Positions 9,865 through 18,417 of a stretch of DNA of 50,579 bases are shown piece after piece (positions within the stretch are counted from its first letter, which is position 1; the number at the start of each line of letters is the position of its first letter). A model generated the notes under the pieces. The model searched no databases, was not told the DNA's origin, and saw nothing but the letters and a program-made list of their open reading frames with translations. Source of the DNA: Acidilobaceae archaeon (lineage in GTDB: Archaea; Thermoproteota; Thermoprotei_A; Sulfolobales; Acidilobaceae); contig JALVJB010000197.1 of the NCBI GenBank assembly GCA_027034115.1, forward strand, positions 1-50,579, in the 5' to 3' direction. The position numbers and the translations under genes are program-made.

Positions 9865-10125
9865 GTGAACGGTATGGCAAAGATAGATGAAAGAATGATA
9901 CTCTACAATGGGGCCTCTAAGAGTAAGCCGATAACTGCTAAGATCAGTGAAGATGCTTTTAGAAAACTAGAAAAGATCACGAGGGCGTCTGGAATTACAA
10001 GGAGCGCTTTTATCAGGTACGTAATTTTAACTGTATTGGAATTTCTTGACGAGGCGGAATGCGGAAATGGTGACGAGGCGAGAGCCGCGGAGAAGCTCGT
10101 GGCAAGATTAAAGGTTTTTTGTTAA
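9865..10125 (+). CDS. Ribbon-helix-helix (CopG-like) DNA-binding protein
   Basis: PITAKISEDAFRKLEKITRASGITRSAFIRYVI fits the RHH strand-helix-helix pattern. Confidence 0.65.
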   Translation: MNGMAKIDERMILYNGASKSKPITAKISEDAFRKLEKITRASGITRSAFIRYVILTVLEFLDEAECGNGDEARAAEKLVARLKVFC

Positions 10126-10488
10126 TTAAATATTATTTATATTAAGATTTTTAGCTATATCTATTATGGACCTTGAGAGTTCCCTAATAATGTGATCTTC
10201 TTCTGCTAGTATGCAAGAGTTAATGCACTTCCAGCGCTCTTCTGGTTTCTCATCAATGCACTTCTCGTAGAGGCATTTCCTCTTAAGCTTCCGCCTATCA
10301 ATATAGTAGACAATTATGCTGCCTTGAGCATGGCGGCTTAGTATCCCATCATAGCCGGATAAGCTTATGAGCCGGTCGACTATCCTTGTATCCACTAGGT
10401 TTTTATCGAAAACGAAAGCTTTAAGGCTCGAATTGAATGATTTAACAATTCTCGTAGCTATCTTAACTGGATCGCTCTCTGGGTGCAA
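10126..10488 (-). CDS. Hypothetical protein with C-x3-C...C-x3-C pattern
   Basis: 120-aa ORF filling the space between convergent and divergent neighbours. Confidence 0.6.
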   Translation of the reverse strand: MHPESDPVKIATRIVKSFNSSLKAFVFDKNLVDTRIVDRLISLSGYDGILSRHAQGSIIVYYIDRRKLKRKCLYEKCIDEKPEERWKCINSCILAEEDHIIRELSRSIIDIAKNLNINNI

Positions 10489-10579
10489 CGATTCAAGCCC
10501 CCGTTAGCACGAGTATCCCTGTTAGTTTTATTAGGCATGCGGATACTTTGAGAATAGAGGCCGATTAGGGGGTTGTGGA

Positions 10580-11008
10580 ATGGCGGATGAAGGCAAGCTA
10601 GTCGACATTGTAACCTTCTCCAGTGTTAGCGACTTCTTCAAGGACCTAGACACCAAGTTAGTAGAGATGAGGAGTAAGCTCGGAGAGCTGCTAAGAAGGC
10701 TAGAAGATGCAAAGGCGAAAGCAGAGGTACTAGTAAGGCTAGAGAGCCTTCTCGCTGAAGCCGCTAGAGGCGCTAAGATCGGTGGTACAGAAATCAGCCT
10801 GGGCTCAGCTAAAGCGATAATCAACCCCACTCCAAAGCAGGAGTTTGACCTCCTAGTAGACGTTGTAAGGAGCCTTCAAAACAGGATTGTAGCTTTAGAG
10901 AGAATAAGGAAAGAAGTGGAGCCGTTATCTAAGCTGGGAGACCTCGAACTAACCCTAGAGGTTGTCTACGAGAACGGGTTGCCGACAAGAATACTAATAA
11001 GAATGTAA
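10580..11008 (+). CDS. Conserved coiled-coil hypothetical protein
   Basis: 142 aa with two heptad helices and a C-terminal beta hairpin (VVYENGLPTRILI); normal codon usage and ribosome-binding site. Confidence 0.75.
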   Translation: MADEGKLVDIVTFSSVSDFFKDLDTKLVEMRSKLGELLRRLEDAKAKAEVLVRLESLLAEAARGAKIGGTEISLGSAKAIINPTPKQEFDLLVDVVRSLQNRIVALERIRKEVEPLSKLGDLELTLEVVYENGLPTRILIRM

Positions 11009-11023
11009 TAAATATAAAATATT

Positions 11024-12241
11024 TTATATTAATTCTATCGCGAGAGCAGCGGCGCCGCCTAACCCGTGGCAGATACTCGCAATACCTCTCTTCCCACCGT
11101 GGCGGAGCAGGACGTTTACTAGTTCCAGGGTAATCCTAGCTCCACTCATTCCCAACGGGTGGCCGATTGCTATCGCTCCGCCATGGACGTTGATTTTCTC
11201 GTAGGGCACGTCGAGGTACTTATGTAGCAGGAAGTTGTTCACTGCAAAGGCCTCATTATTCTCCCAGAAGTCTACTTCACTAGCCCTCCAGCCTAGAGCT
11301 CCAAGAAGTTCCTTTACAGCGACAACTGGCGCGTAGGGGAAGCGCCTCGGGTCAACCCCGCCTACAGACCATCCCCTTATCACGGCGAGCGGTTTGAGAC
11401 CCAACTCCTTAACAGTTTCCTCTGAGGCTACTAGTAAGCTTGCCGCTCCGTCGCTCAGCTGGCTACTCGTTGCAGCCGTATGCGGTCCCTTCTCCGTGAA
11501 TGCTGGCGGTAGCCTGCGTATTTTCTCTAGGCTCGTATCCCACCTTATACCCTCATCCTTCTCCAAGAGCACTCTATCCTTATACTCGAAGGGTTCCACG
11601 AACCTCTTCATGTAACCCTGCTCCCACGCCCTCGCCGCACGCCTATGACTCTCGTAGCCTATCCAGTCAAGCTCCTCTCGGTCTGCACCGTGCTCCCACG
11701 CCGTCTCGTCAGCCTCCTCTCCCATAACCATTCCAAATATTGGATCGTACAGGCCCTCATGGACCATGGCATCCCGGACATCTAGGAAGCCCTTGTAGAC
11801 GAGCTTCACGCCCCACCTGATCCTGCTAGTAATAGTGAAGGGAGCGTTGCTCATGGACTCCATGCCACCAGCGATGGCTAGGCGGAACGCCCCGGACTCG
11901 ATGTACTGGGAGGCATCAATGATAGCTTTCATCCCGCTAGCACAGACCATATCAATAGTAGTCGAGTCGATACCATACGGTATCCCCGCTTTTATCGCCG
12001 CCTGCCTAGCGGTGTCCATCCCAGTACCAGCCCTGATAACATGGCCGAAGAAAATATGGTCTATGGAATCCGGGGAAACTCCTGTTCGCTCCAACAGTTT
12101 CTTAATAGTGAAGGAAGCTAGATCCACTGCAGGTACGTCTTTCAGGCTTCTGCCAAACTTGCCTACGGGAGTCCTAACGCCGTCAACAATATAGACGGGC
12201 TTGCGTAGAACGTGGGCCTTAGCCCCCTCATTGGACACCAT
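11024..12241 (-). CDS. Acetyl-CoA C-acyltransferase (thiolase)
   Basis: RTPVGKF, active-site VCASG, GGMESMS, NEAFA, HGGAIAIGHPLGMSG, ICHGLGG. Confidence 0.95.
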   Translation of the reverse strand: MVSNEGAKAHVLRKPVYIVDGVRTPVGKFGRSLKDVPAVDLASFTIKKLLERTGVSPDSIDHIFFGHVIRAGTGMDTARQAAIKAGIPYGIDSTTIDMVCASGMKAIIDASQYIESGAFRLAIAGGMESMSNAPFTITSRIRWGVKLVYKGFLDVRDAMVHEGLYDPIFGMVMGEEADETAWEHGADREELDWIGYESHRRAARAWEQGYMKRFVEPFEYKDRVLLEKDEGIRWDTSLEKIRRLPPAFTEKGPHTAATSSQLSDGAASLLVASEETVKELGLKPLAVIRGWSVGGVDPRRFPYAPVVAVKELLGALGWRASEVDFWENNEAFAVNNFLLHKYLDVPYEKINVHGGAIAIGHPLGMSGARITLELVNVLLRHGGKRGIASICHGLGGAAALAIELI

Positions 12242-12441
12242 TTAAACACCAGTACTACGACATTCCCGCAGGGCATAATTAGCACTGAGACATAACACAA
12301 TATATGCTAGCTGTCTCCGAAACAGTATACTCTTCTCTCGCTTCAGAGAGCCAAAGGAAAGAAACGTCAGCGACTTATCACCCCTATTTCCACGGTATTA
12401 ATCTCACGTGGGAGTGAATTCGCTAGCCGAGGCGAAACAAT

Positions 12442-12981
12442 ATGCGATTGTTTAAAAAGAATGATCAAAGAAAGTTTAACTGTCAAATAAATGAAAATTT
12501 AGAGAAAATAATAAACTATTATATGGCAAAGAAGAATTTATCCTTTAATGACGCCGTAAACGAGTTAATAGAAAAAGGATACAATTATTGGTTATTAGAG
12601 CAAAAATATAAAGATAAAGTAAACTCCGAGGAGGTTTGGAGTAGTTCTTACAGGCTTCTGAGAGTTGAGGCTGGCTTCCTATATTACAGGCTGAGAACTA
12701 GGGAGTTAGTAGAGGAGTTGAAAAATATCGTTTTTATTTTAAGTGGGGTTATTGCTGATTTAGAGTCATGTTATGAAGCTCTGAAAAGATATGAAAAAGT
12801 AAGAATAAATACAGATAAATTAAAAAGGTATAGAGAGGAGTTAAATAAATATTTAAAGAGCTATGTTTTTAGCAATTATAGAGAGTTAGAAGAAGCAGAA
12901 TCTAGATATATTGATAACTGGGATGAATTTATAAAAAAATTAGAAAAATTAATTAAAAAAGTTAAAAATCAACGCAGCTAA
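12442..12981 (+). CDS. Hypothetical AT-rich protein; N-terminal RHH-like segment plus coiled coil
   Basis: 179-aa ORF; KFNCQINENLEKIINYY...SFNDAVNELIEKG resembles RHH; converges on the tRNA-Arg 3' end. Confidence 0.6.
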   Translation: MRLFKKNDQRKFNCQINENLEKIINYYMAKKNLSFNDAVNELIEKGYNYWLLEQKYKDKVNSEEVWSSSYRLLRVEAGFLYYRLRTRELVEELKNIVFILSGVIADLESCYEALKRYEKVRINTDKLKRYREELNKYLKSYVFSNYRELEEAESRYIDNWDEFIKKLEKLIKKVKNQRS

Positions 12982-13017
12982 ACCTAAACATTAGATTAGG
13001 AATATTATTTAGGAGTG

Positions 13018-13119
13018 TGGCGGGCCCGCCGGGATTTGAACCCGGGACCGCCGGCTTCTCCCGCGCAGGCAGTGCACGCTTAGAAGGCCGGCGCTCTGTC
13101 CTGGCTGAGCTACGGGCCC
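13018..13119 (-). tRNA. tRNA-Arg(UCU) with 24-nt intron at 37/38 (intron 13057-13080), CCA encoded
   Basis: Minus strand reads GGGCCCG...CCGGC CT TCT A [AGCGTGCACTGCCTGCGCGGGAGA] A GCCGG...GGGTTCAAATCCC...CGGGCCC G CCA; intron GGAG pairs with CUUC to form the BHB central helix. Confidence 0.95.
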
Positions 13120-13510
13120 GCTGCCTGCCATGAGGTTAAAACAGAGGGGTGAGGGTTTATGAGTCTTCCCTGTTTTCGGGAACCGTGTTTGAAGTGTAGT
13201 TGAGTATTGGCTATTGTTTGAGTAGGCTTGTAATGGATTGTATTACCATTCTATTTTAATGCTGCACGTGTTTGCGTTTAGATTAAGATAGCGTTTTTTA
13301 CAGTGTTTAATACATACTTCATTTTATTGTTTTTTATTAATTCAAAATCAGTGGTAATTTATAGGGCTAAGATATAGAATATAATTCTTCGGTAGCTTCG
13401 CTAAGAGTTTGGTATGTCGCTTGGGTACTTGTATATCACGTAATGCTTATATCAACTCTCTCGGAACTTCTAGTAAATCGAGAGAGGCGAAGGATAGGAG
13501 GTGGATGTGA

Positions 13511-13678
13511 ATGCCGGAGAAGTTGAAGTTCTTCGATATCGTGGCGAAGAAGCCCTTCGAGACCGACCAGTACACCGTTGAGATAAGGACGACTAAGAAG
13601 GGCAGGAAGGTGAAGATAGCCTTCGCAATAAGCCCCTACACAGGCAAGAAAATCGCCAGAATACTAGGCCCAGCCTAG
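13511..13678 (+). CDS. cc1: Crenarchaeal chromatin protein CC1 (55 aa)
   Basis: MPEKLKFFDIVAKKPFETDQYTVEIRTTKKGRKVKIAFAISPYTGKKIARILGPA matches the CC1 pattern KLKF.D..AK..FETD.Y...SPYTG; GGAGGTGG ribosome-binding site, T-rich terminator; below ORF-track cut-off. Confidence 0.88.
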   Translation: MPEKLKFFDIVAKKPFETDQYTVEIRTTKKGRKVKIAFAISPYTGKKIARILGPA

Positions 13679-13696
13679 ACAACTAATAACCATTCA

Positions 13697-13706
13697 TTTT
13701 TCTCTT
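13697..13706 (+). terminator. Oligo-pyrimidine archaeal terminator after cc1
   Basis: TTTTTCTCTT about 20 nt after the stop codon. Confidence 0.5.
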
Positions 13707-13732
13707 ATAATGTTTTTATCCGTTATTTACTG

Positions 13733-14335
13733 GTGGAGTTCTTGTGTGCAAGGAGACTAGCCTGTCTGACTGGTATAACCGCAGTAGTCATAGCTTGGCT
13801 TGTAATAGGGACCTCATGGTACCTGAACAGAAACTGGTTCGTATTCACAAGAGATGCTTTTAGTGATCTGGGAGGAGAGCGTAGTTGTTGCCCGGGCTTG
13901 TACAATTATGGCTTGATTTTAACCGGGCTATTTATTTTAGCATATAGTTCTTGCCTCTATTATCTTGCTAAGATCAAGCTTGAAGTTTTAGGAGCCGGCT
14001 ACGTGGGGCTTGCCGGTGTTTTCCTAGGGCTCATAGGGATCTTCCCGGAGGGGACGAGGCCCCACGTGTTCGTCTCGACGTGGTTCTTCGTGCAGATGGA
14101 TCTCGGCTTGGTACTCCAATCTATTGGCTTTTACATTAGAACTCGGAAATGGGAGGGGTTTTGGAGCGCGGTGTTGTCTCTCCTGGCTTTCCCAGTAGCG
14201 ATCCTGGTAGGGCTGACTGTTGGGTGGCCTAGCGCTGCTGTGCTGGAGGCCTATGGAGTAATAGTTATTGATGCGATCGTGCTTTTGCTTTCTAGGGGCT
14301 ATATGCTGGAGGCTAGGGGTATATGCGGTCCCTGA
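13733..14335 (+). CDS. DUF998-family membrane protein
   Basis: WF.F..DAFSDLG, YNYGLI, LIGIFPEGT.PH..VS..FF; several transmembrane segments. Confidence 0.8.
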   Translation: MEFLCARRLACLTGITAVVIAWLVIGTSWYLNRNWFVFTRDAFSDLGGERSCCPGLYNYGLILTGLFILAYSSCLYYLAKIKLEVLGAGYVGLAGVFLGLIGIFPEGTRPHVFVSTWFFVQMDLGLVLQSIGFYIRTRKWEGFWSAVLSLLAFPVAILVGLTVGWPSAAVLEAYGVIVIDAIVLLLSRGYMLEARGICGP

Positions 14336-15614
14336 ATCGGGGGAAGGGTATGCTGTCTCGTATATGGTCGAGGCCTGCTACCCACATTATATAACGGTCT
14401 ACTCCGAGGCCGAAGCCGCTGTGCCTAACGCTACCGTACCTTCTAAGGTCAAGGTACCACTTGTAGTCCTCCGGGTTGAGCCCTCTATCCTTGATCTGCT
14501 GGAGGAGGGCGTTATAGTCCTCCTGCCTCTCGCTACCACCCACAATCTCCCCTATACCCTCGGGTGCTAGGAGGTCGAATGCAAGTGCCTCCCGGGGGTT
14601 CTGGGGGTCGGGTTTCATGTAGAAACTCTTCAACTCTAATGGGAAGTGTGTTATGAAGAAGGGGGTATCATAATCTTCCGTCAGTAGGCGCTCTTCATCG
14701 GCCCCTATATCGTCCCCGTACTCTATTGATAAACCCTTCTCCCGCAGCCTCCTTATCGCCTCCTCGTAGCGTATTCTAGGATAGCCGGGTTTCCTGGAGG
14801 CTTCCAGCATCTCGGTGTCCCTCTTGAGTAGGCTCAGTTCCTCCAGCCTCTCCTCCAGGATTCTCCTAGTGGTGTATGCTACTAGTTCCTCGACTAGCCT
14901 CATCTCCTCTTCCATCCCGGCCCAGGCCTCCTCAGCTTCAAGGTGCCAGTACTCGTAGAGGTGCCTCCTCGTCCTGCTCCTCTCTGCCCTGAAGCTTGGC
15001 GCCAGGGTCCATACCTTCTCGAGGCTGAAAATCAGGGCTTCAAGGTAGAACTGGCTGCTCTGGGTGAGATAAGCTGGTCTTCCAAAGAAGTCTACTTTGA
15101 ATAGTGTAGCGCCTCCCTCAACGGCGGCTTGAGTTAGCATTGGGGGGCTGACTTCCCAGAAGCCTCGGGCTTCGAAGAACTCCCGGAAGGCCTTCAGGGC
15201 GGTGTGCCTTATTCGCCACACGGCGGTAAGCTTCCTGCTCCGTATCCATAGGTGCCTGTTATCTAAGAGATAGTCAATCCCCTCTCCACCCTTAATGGGG
15301 AAGTCTTCGGCTAACCCTACTATCTCGAGCTTCCGAAGCCTCAGCTCAGCGCCTCCAGGAGCTCTCGGATCACGGGCTACAACACCTTCAGCTATGATAC
15401 TGGACTCAATTGTAGCCTCTCGGGCTGCCTCAACGTATTCCCTCGGCGTGAACGCCGGGTCGGCTACTAGTTGAAGGATGCCCTCGGAGTCTCTTAGCAC
15501 AATAAAGACTTTCTTGCCCAGATCCCTATGCCGGTAGACCCACCCCCTAACTCTTGCAGGCGAGCCGGGCTCCAGCGCCTTCACGGACCTAGTCGACACT
15601 ACGCCGCTGTTCAA
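14313..15614 (-). CDS. asnS: Asparagine--tRNA ligase
   Basis: OB-fold RGWVYR, RHLWIR, AYLTQSSQFYLE, FRAERSRTRRHL, EIVGGSER, HSGFGLG. Confidence 0.9.
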   Translation of the reverse strand: MNSGVVSTRSVKALEPGSPARVRGWVYRHRDLGKKVFIVLRDSEGILQLVADPAFTPREYVEAAREATIESSIIAEGVVARDPRAPGGAELRLRKLEIVGLAEDFPIKGGEGIDYLLDNRHLWIRSRKLTAVWRIRHTALKAFREFFEARGFWEVSPPMLTQAAVEGGATLFKVDFFGRPAYLTQSSQFYLEALIFSLEKVWTLAPSFRAERSRTRRHLYEYWHLEAEEAWAGMEEEMRLVEELVAYTTRRILEERLEELSLLKRDTEMLEASRKPGYPRIRYEEAIRRLREKGLSIEYGDDIGADEERLLTEDYDTPFFITHFPLELKSFYMKPDPQNPREALAFDLLAPEGIGEIVGGSERQEDYNALLQQIKDRGLNPEDYKWYLDLRRYGSVRHSGFGLGVDRYIMWVAGLDHIRDSIPFPRFRDRIYP

Positions 15615-15642
15615 CTCTCCGTTATCCCCCGGGAAACCGGTT

Positions 15643-17820
15643 GTGAGGGACTACACCGATATTATATTATCGAGGAGAGTCGAGGGTCCCCCACGGGGGG
15701 AGCTATTGGCCCACGACTACGCATCAATCAACGTGTTCTTCTACCCCGAGACGGTGGCCCTAATAGGCGCCTCCGGTAAGCCCGGTGCCTTTAGCCACGA
15801 GATGCTCCGTAACCTGGCAACCCGATTCAAGGGAAAAGTCTACGCCGTAAACCCGAAGTACAAAGAGATACTGGGAGTCCCCAGTTATCCCAGCATACTA
15901 GACATACCCGACCCCGTTGACCTAGCCGTAATCGCTGTTAGAGCCCAGAGGGTCCCCCAGGCCCTCGAGGAGGCTGGTAGGAAGGGAGTGCGAGGAGCCA
16001 TCATAGTTGCTGGAGGCTTCGCGGAGACGGGCGAAGAGGGCAAGAGGCTCCAGGAAGCCATAGTTAGCATCGCTAAGCGTTACGGCGTGAGAATAGTTGG
16101 CCCCAACTGTATAGGCGTCTACAATGCTGTAAACGGCTTGGACACATTCTTCCTCCCTCCAGAGAAAATGCGGAGGCCTCCCAAGGGCTACATCGCCGTG
16201 GTGAGCCAGAGCGGCGCCTACCTCACTACCATGATGGACTGGTTGTCGAGCGAAGGAGTAGGTATAGTCAAAGCGATTAACATAGGAAACAAGGCCGACG
16301 TCGACGAGGCCGAGATCATAGGCTACTACGCCAGCCAGGAATACGTCCGCGCTATAATGGTCTACATGGAGGGAGTAAGCCCAGGAAGGGGGAGAGCCCT
16401 AGTTGAAGCAGTACGCCGAGCGAGAGACAACGGTAAAAAACTCGTAGTACTCAAAGGCGGAAAAACCTCCTACGGCGCCAGAGCCGCGAAGAGCCATACA
16501 GCCGCTCTAGCAGGAGACTACGCGGTGTTCTCCTCCATACTCCGGGAAGCTGGCGCGGTCGTCGCAGAGACCCCGACAGAGTTCGTAGACATAGCCAAGG
16601 CCCTATCCTTCATGGGACACCTAGAGCCCCGTGGGAGAAGAGTCCTAGTCGTAACCAATGCTGGGGGGCCAGGAGTCCTAGCAACCGACGAGTTAAGCCG
16701 TAGAGGACTAGCCCTACCCCAGACGCCCCGAGACGCCGTAGAGGAATTAAGCAAGCTCCTTCCTCCAATCGTTGCACTAGGAAACCCAGTAGACCTAACC
16801 GGCCAGGCATCAGACGAAGACTACCAGCTAGTCCTAGAAAAACTAGCAGGGAGGAGCGAGTTCGACTCGCTCCTAGTAATAGCTCCAGTACAGCCCGCAA
16901 CAATGACCATTAGAGTAGCCGACATAATAGCCGACACGGTTTGGCGCGTTAAGAAGCCAGCCACAGTCATGACCATAGGAGCCGACTACGGGGAACTCGT
17001 AAAAGAATACCTAGACTCCAGAGGTATACCCGCCTACCCCCTCCCCGACAGAGCAGCATATAGCCTATGGGCCCTCATGGAAGCCTCAAAACCCCTATGC
17101 AACATGGCAAAGCCGAGTAACCCTCCAGGCATGGCAGTAGAGCTAGTCGAGAAGGCCCTAAAAGAGGGCAGGAACAAGCTACTCGAGCACGAGGCATTAG
17201 AACTACTGGAGCACTATGAAGTCCCAGTAGCCCCCTACTGCCTTGCAAAAACTCCGGACGAAGCATCTGCATGCGCTGAGAAAATAGCCTCCAACAGGCT
17301 TGTCGCCAAGATCGTTTCTCCAGATATAATACATAAGAGCGACGTCGGAGGAGTCCTGCTGGGAGTAGATCCCGCGAAAGCCCGCGAGGCTTACGATACG
17401 GTTATTCGGAGAGCTAGGGCCCACGCCCCGGATGCCAGAATAGTAGGCGTCCTATTCCAAGCCGAGGCTCCCAAAGGTGTCGAGGTGATCGTTGGTAGTA
17501 GAAGGGACGAGGGCTTCGGGCCCATAGTAGTCTACGGGATGGGAGGCATTCTCGTGGAGCTCCTCAGGGACTTCTCAATAGGTCTCGCCCCAACGAGTAG
17601 GTGCCGAGCCCTGGAGATGATAAGGGAGACAAAATCTAGCAAGCTCTTAGAAGGGTATAGGGGCTCCGAGAGGAAAGATATTGACTCCTTAGCTGAAGCT
17701 ATCACGCGGATATCGAGGATCACCGCTGAAATCGATAGTGTTAAGGAGGTGGATGTAAACCCGATAATGGTTTACGAGAAGGGGGTCTTAGCAGTTGACG
17801 CGAGAGTGATTATTGCCTAG
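15643..17820 (+). CDS. ADP-forming acetate/acyl-CoA ligase, fused alpha-beta
   Basis: GPNCIG, SQSG, SHTAALAG (phospho-His), TNAGGPG, NPVDLTG, HKSDVGGV, DVNP...DARV. Confidence 0.92.
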   Translation: MRDYTDIILSRRVEGPPRGELLAHDYASINVFFYPETVALIGASGKPGAFSHEMLRNLATRFKGKVYAVNPKYKEILGVPSYPSILDIPDPVDLAVIAVRAQRVPQALEEAGRKGVRGAIIVAGGFAETGEEGKRLQEAIVSIAKRYGVRIVGPNCIGVYNAVNGLDTFFLPPEKMRRPPKGYIAVVSQSGAYLTTMMDWLSSEGVGIVKAINIGNKADVDEAEIIGYYASQEYVRAIMVYMEGVSPGRGRALVEAVRRARDNGKKLVVLKGGKTSYGARAAKSHTAALAGDYAVFSSILREAGAVVAETPTEFVDIAKALSFMGHLEPRGRRVLVVTNAGGPGVLATDELSRRGLALPQTPRDAVEELSKLLPPIVALGNPVDLTGQASDEDYQLVLEKLAGRSEFDSLLVIAPVQPATMTIRVADIIADTVWRVKKPATVMTIGADYGELVKEYLDSRGIPAYPLPDRAAYSLWALMEASKPLCNMAKPSNPPGMAVELVEKALKEGRNKLLEHEALELLEHYEVPVAPYCLAKTPDEASACAEKIASNRLVAKIVSPDIIHKSDVGGVLLGVDPAKAREAYDTVIRRARAHAPDARIVGVLFQAEAPKGVEVIVGSRRDEGFGPIVVYGMGGILVELLRDFSIGLAPTSRCRALEMIRETKSSKLLEGYRGSERKDIDSLAEAITRISRITAEIDSVKEVDVNPIMVYEKGVLAVDARVIIA

Positions 17821-18406
17821 CCTTTAATCCGTCCTCGTAGCCAGCGCGGAACACCTTTATGTTAGCCTCCGGGTTCCTCACTTTTTGGCGAATGGTTTCC
17901 TCGATAGAGGGCGCGTCTACGTACCCGCCGTAGCCGTTGACCGCTAGGCCATAGCCTAGGAGGTACATGTTAGCGCCTTGGGGATTGCCCAGTTCTTCAG
18001 CCTTCTCAACGGCATTAGTCTTAAAGACCCTAATACCGGCTTCTCCCAGAGCCTTATAGACCTCTTCGAGGCTTGGCATTTCCACGTTCGGGAGAGGCGG
18101 TCTTAGCAGCCTGGAGTCCACAATTGCAGGGGCTCCCTTAGCAAGGTAGTTGGCGTAGCGGAGAGCCTCAGTAGCCTCTAGGGCTATTAAGAGGTCGGCT
18201 TTACCCTCCATTATTAAGGGAGCTTCGGCCTCTCCTAGCCGCACATGCACTATTACGGTTCCACCTCTCTGGCTTAGCCCGTGGGTTTCCGCTACGATAG
18301 CGTTATGGTCCTTCGCGACGGCGGCGCTTGCCAGAACGTTTGCCATGGTGATTATTCCTTGCCCGCCGACACCTACTATTACAAGGTTGAATGGTTTCTC
18401 ACTCAT
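17810..18406 (-). CDS. iorB: Indolepyruvate:ferredoxin oxidoreductase beta subunit
   Basis: GVGGQG, ETHGLSQRGG.V..HVR; directly follows iorA. Confidence 0.92.
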   Translation of the reverse strand: MSEKPFNLVIVGVGGQGIITMANVLASAAVAKDHNAIVAETHGLSQRGGTVIVHVRLGEAEAPLIMEGKADLLIALEATEALRYANYLAKGAPAIVDSRLLRPPLPNVEMPSLEEVYKALGEAGIRVFKTNAVEKAEELGNPQGANMYLLGYGLAVNGYGGYVDAPSIEETIRQKVRNPEANIKVFRAGYEDGLKARQ

Positions 18407-18417
18407 TGCTCGTCACC

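Noticed and set aside
12310..12385. Minus-strand C/D-like boxes (CTGA, GAGAAGA, CGGA)
   Set aside because: No convincing box C at the right distance and no recognisable target.
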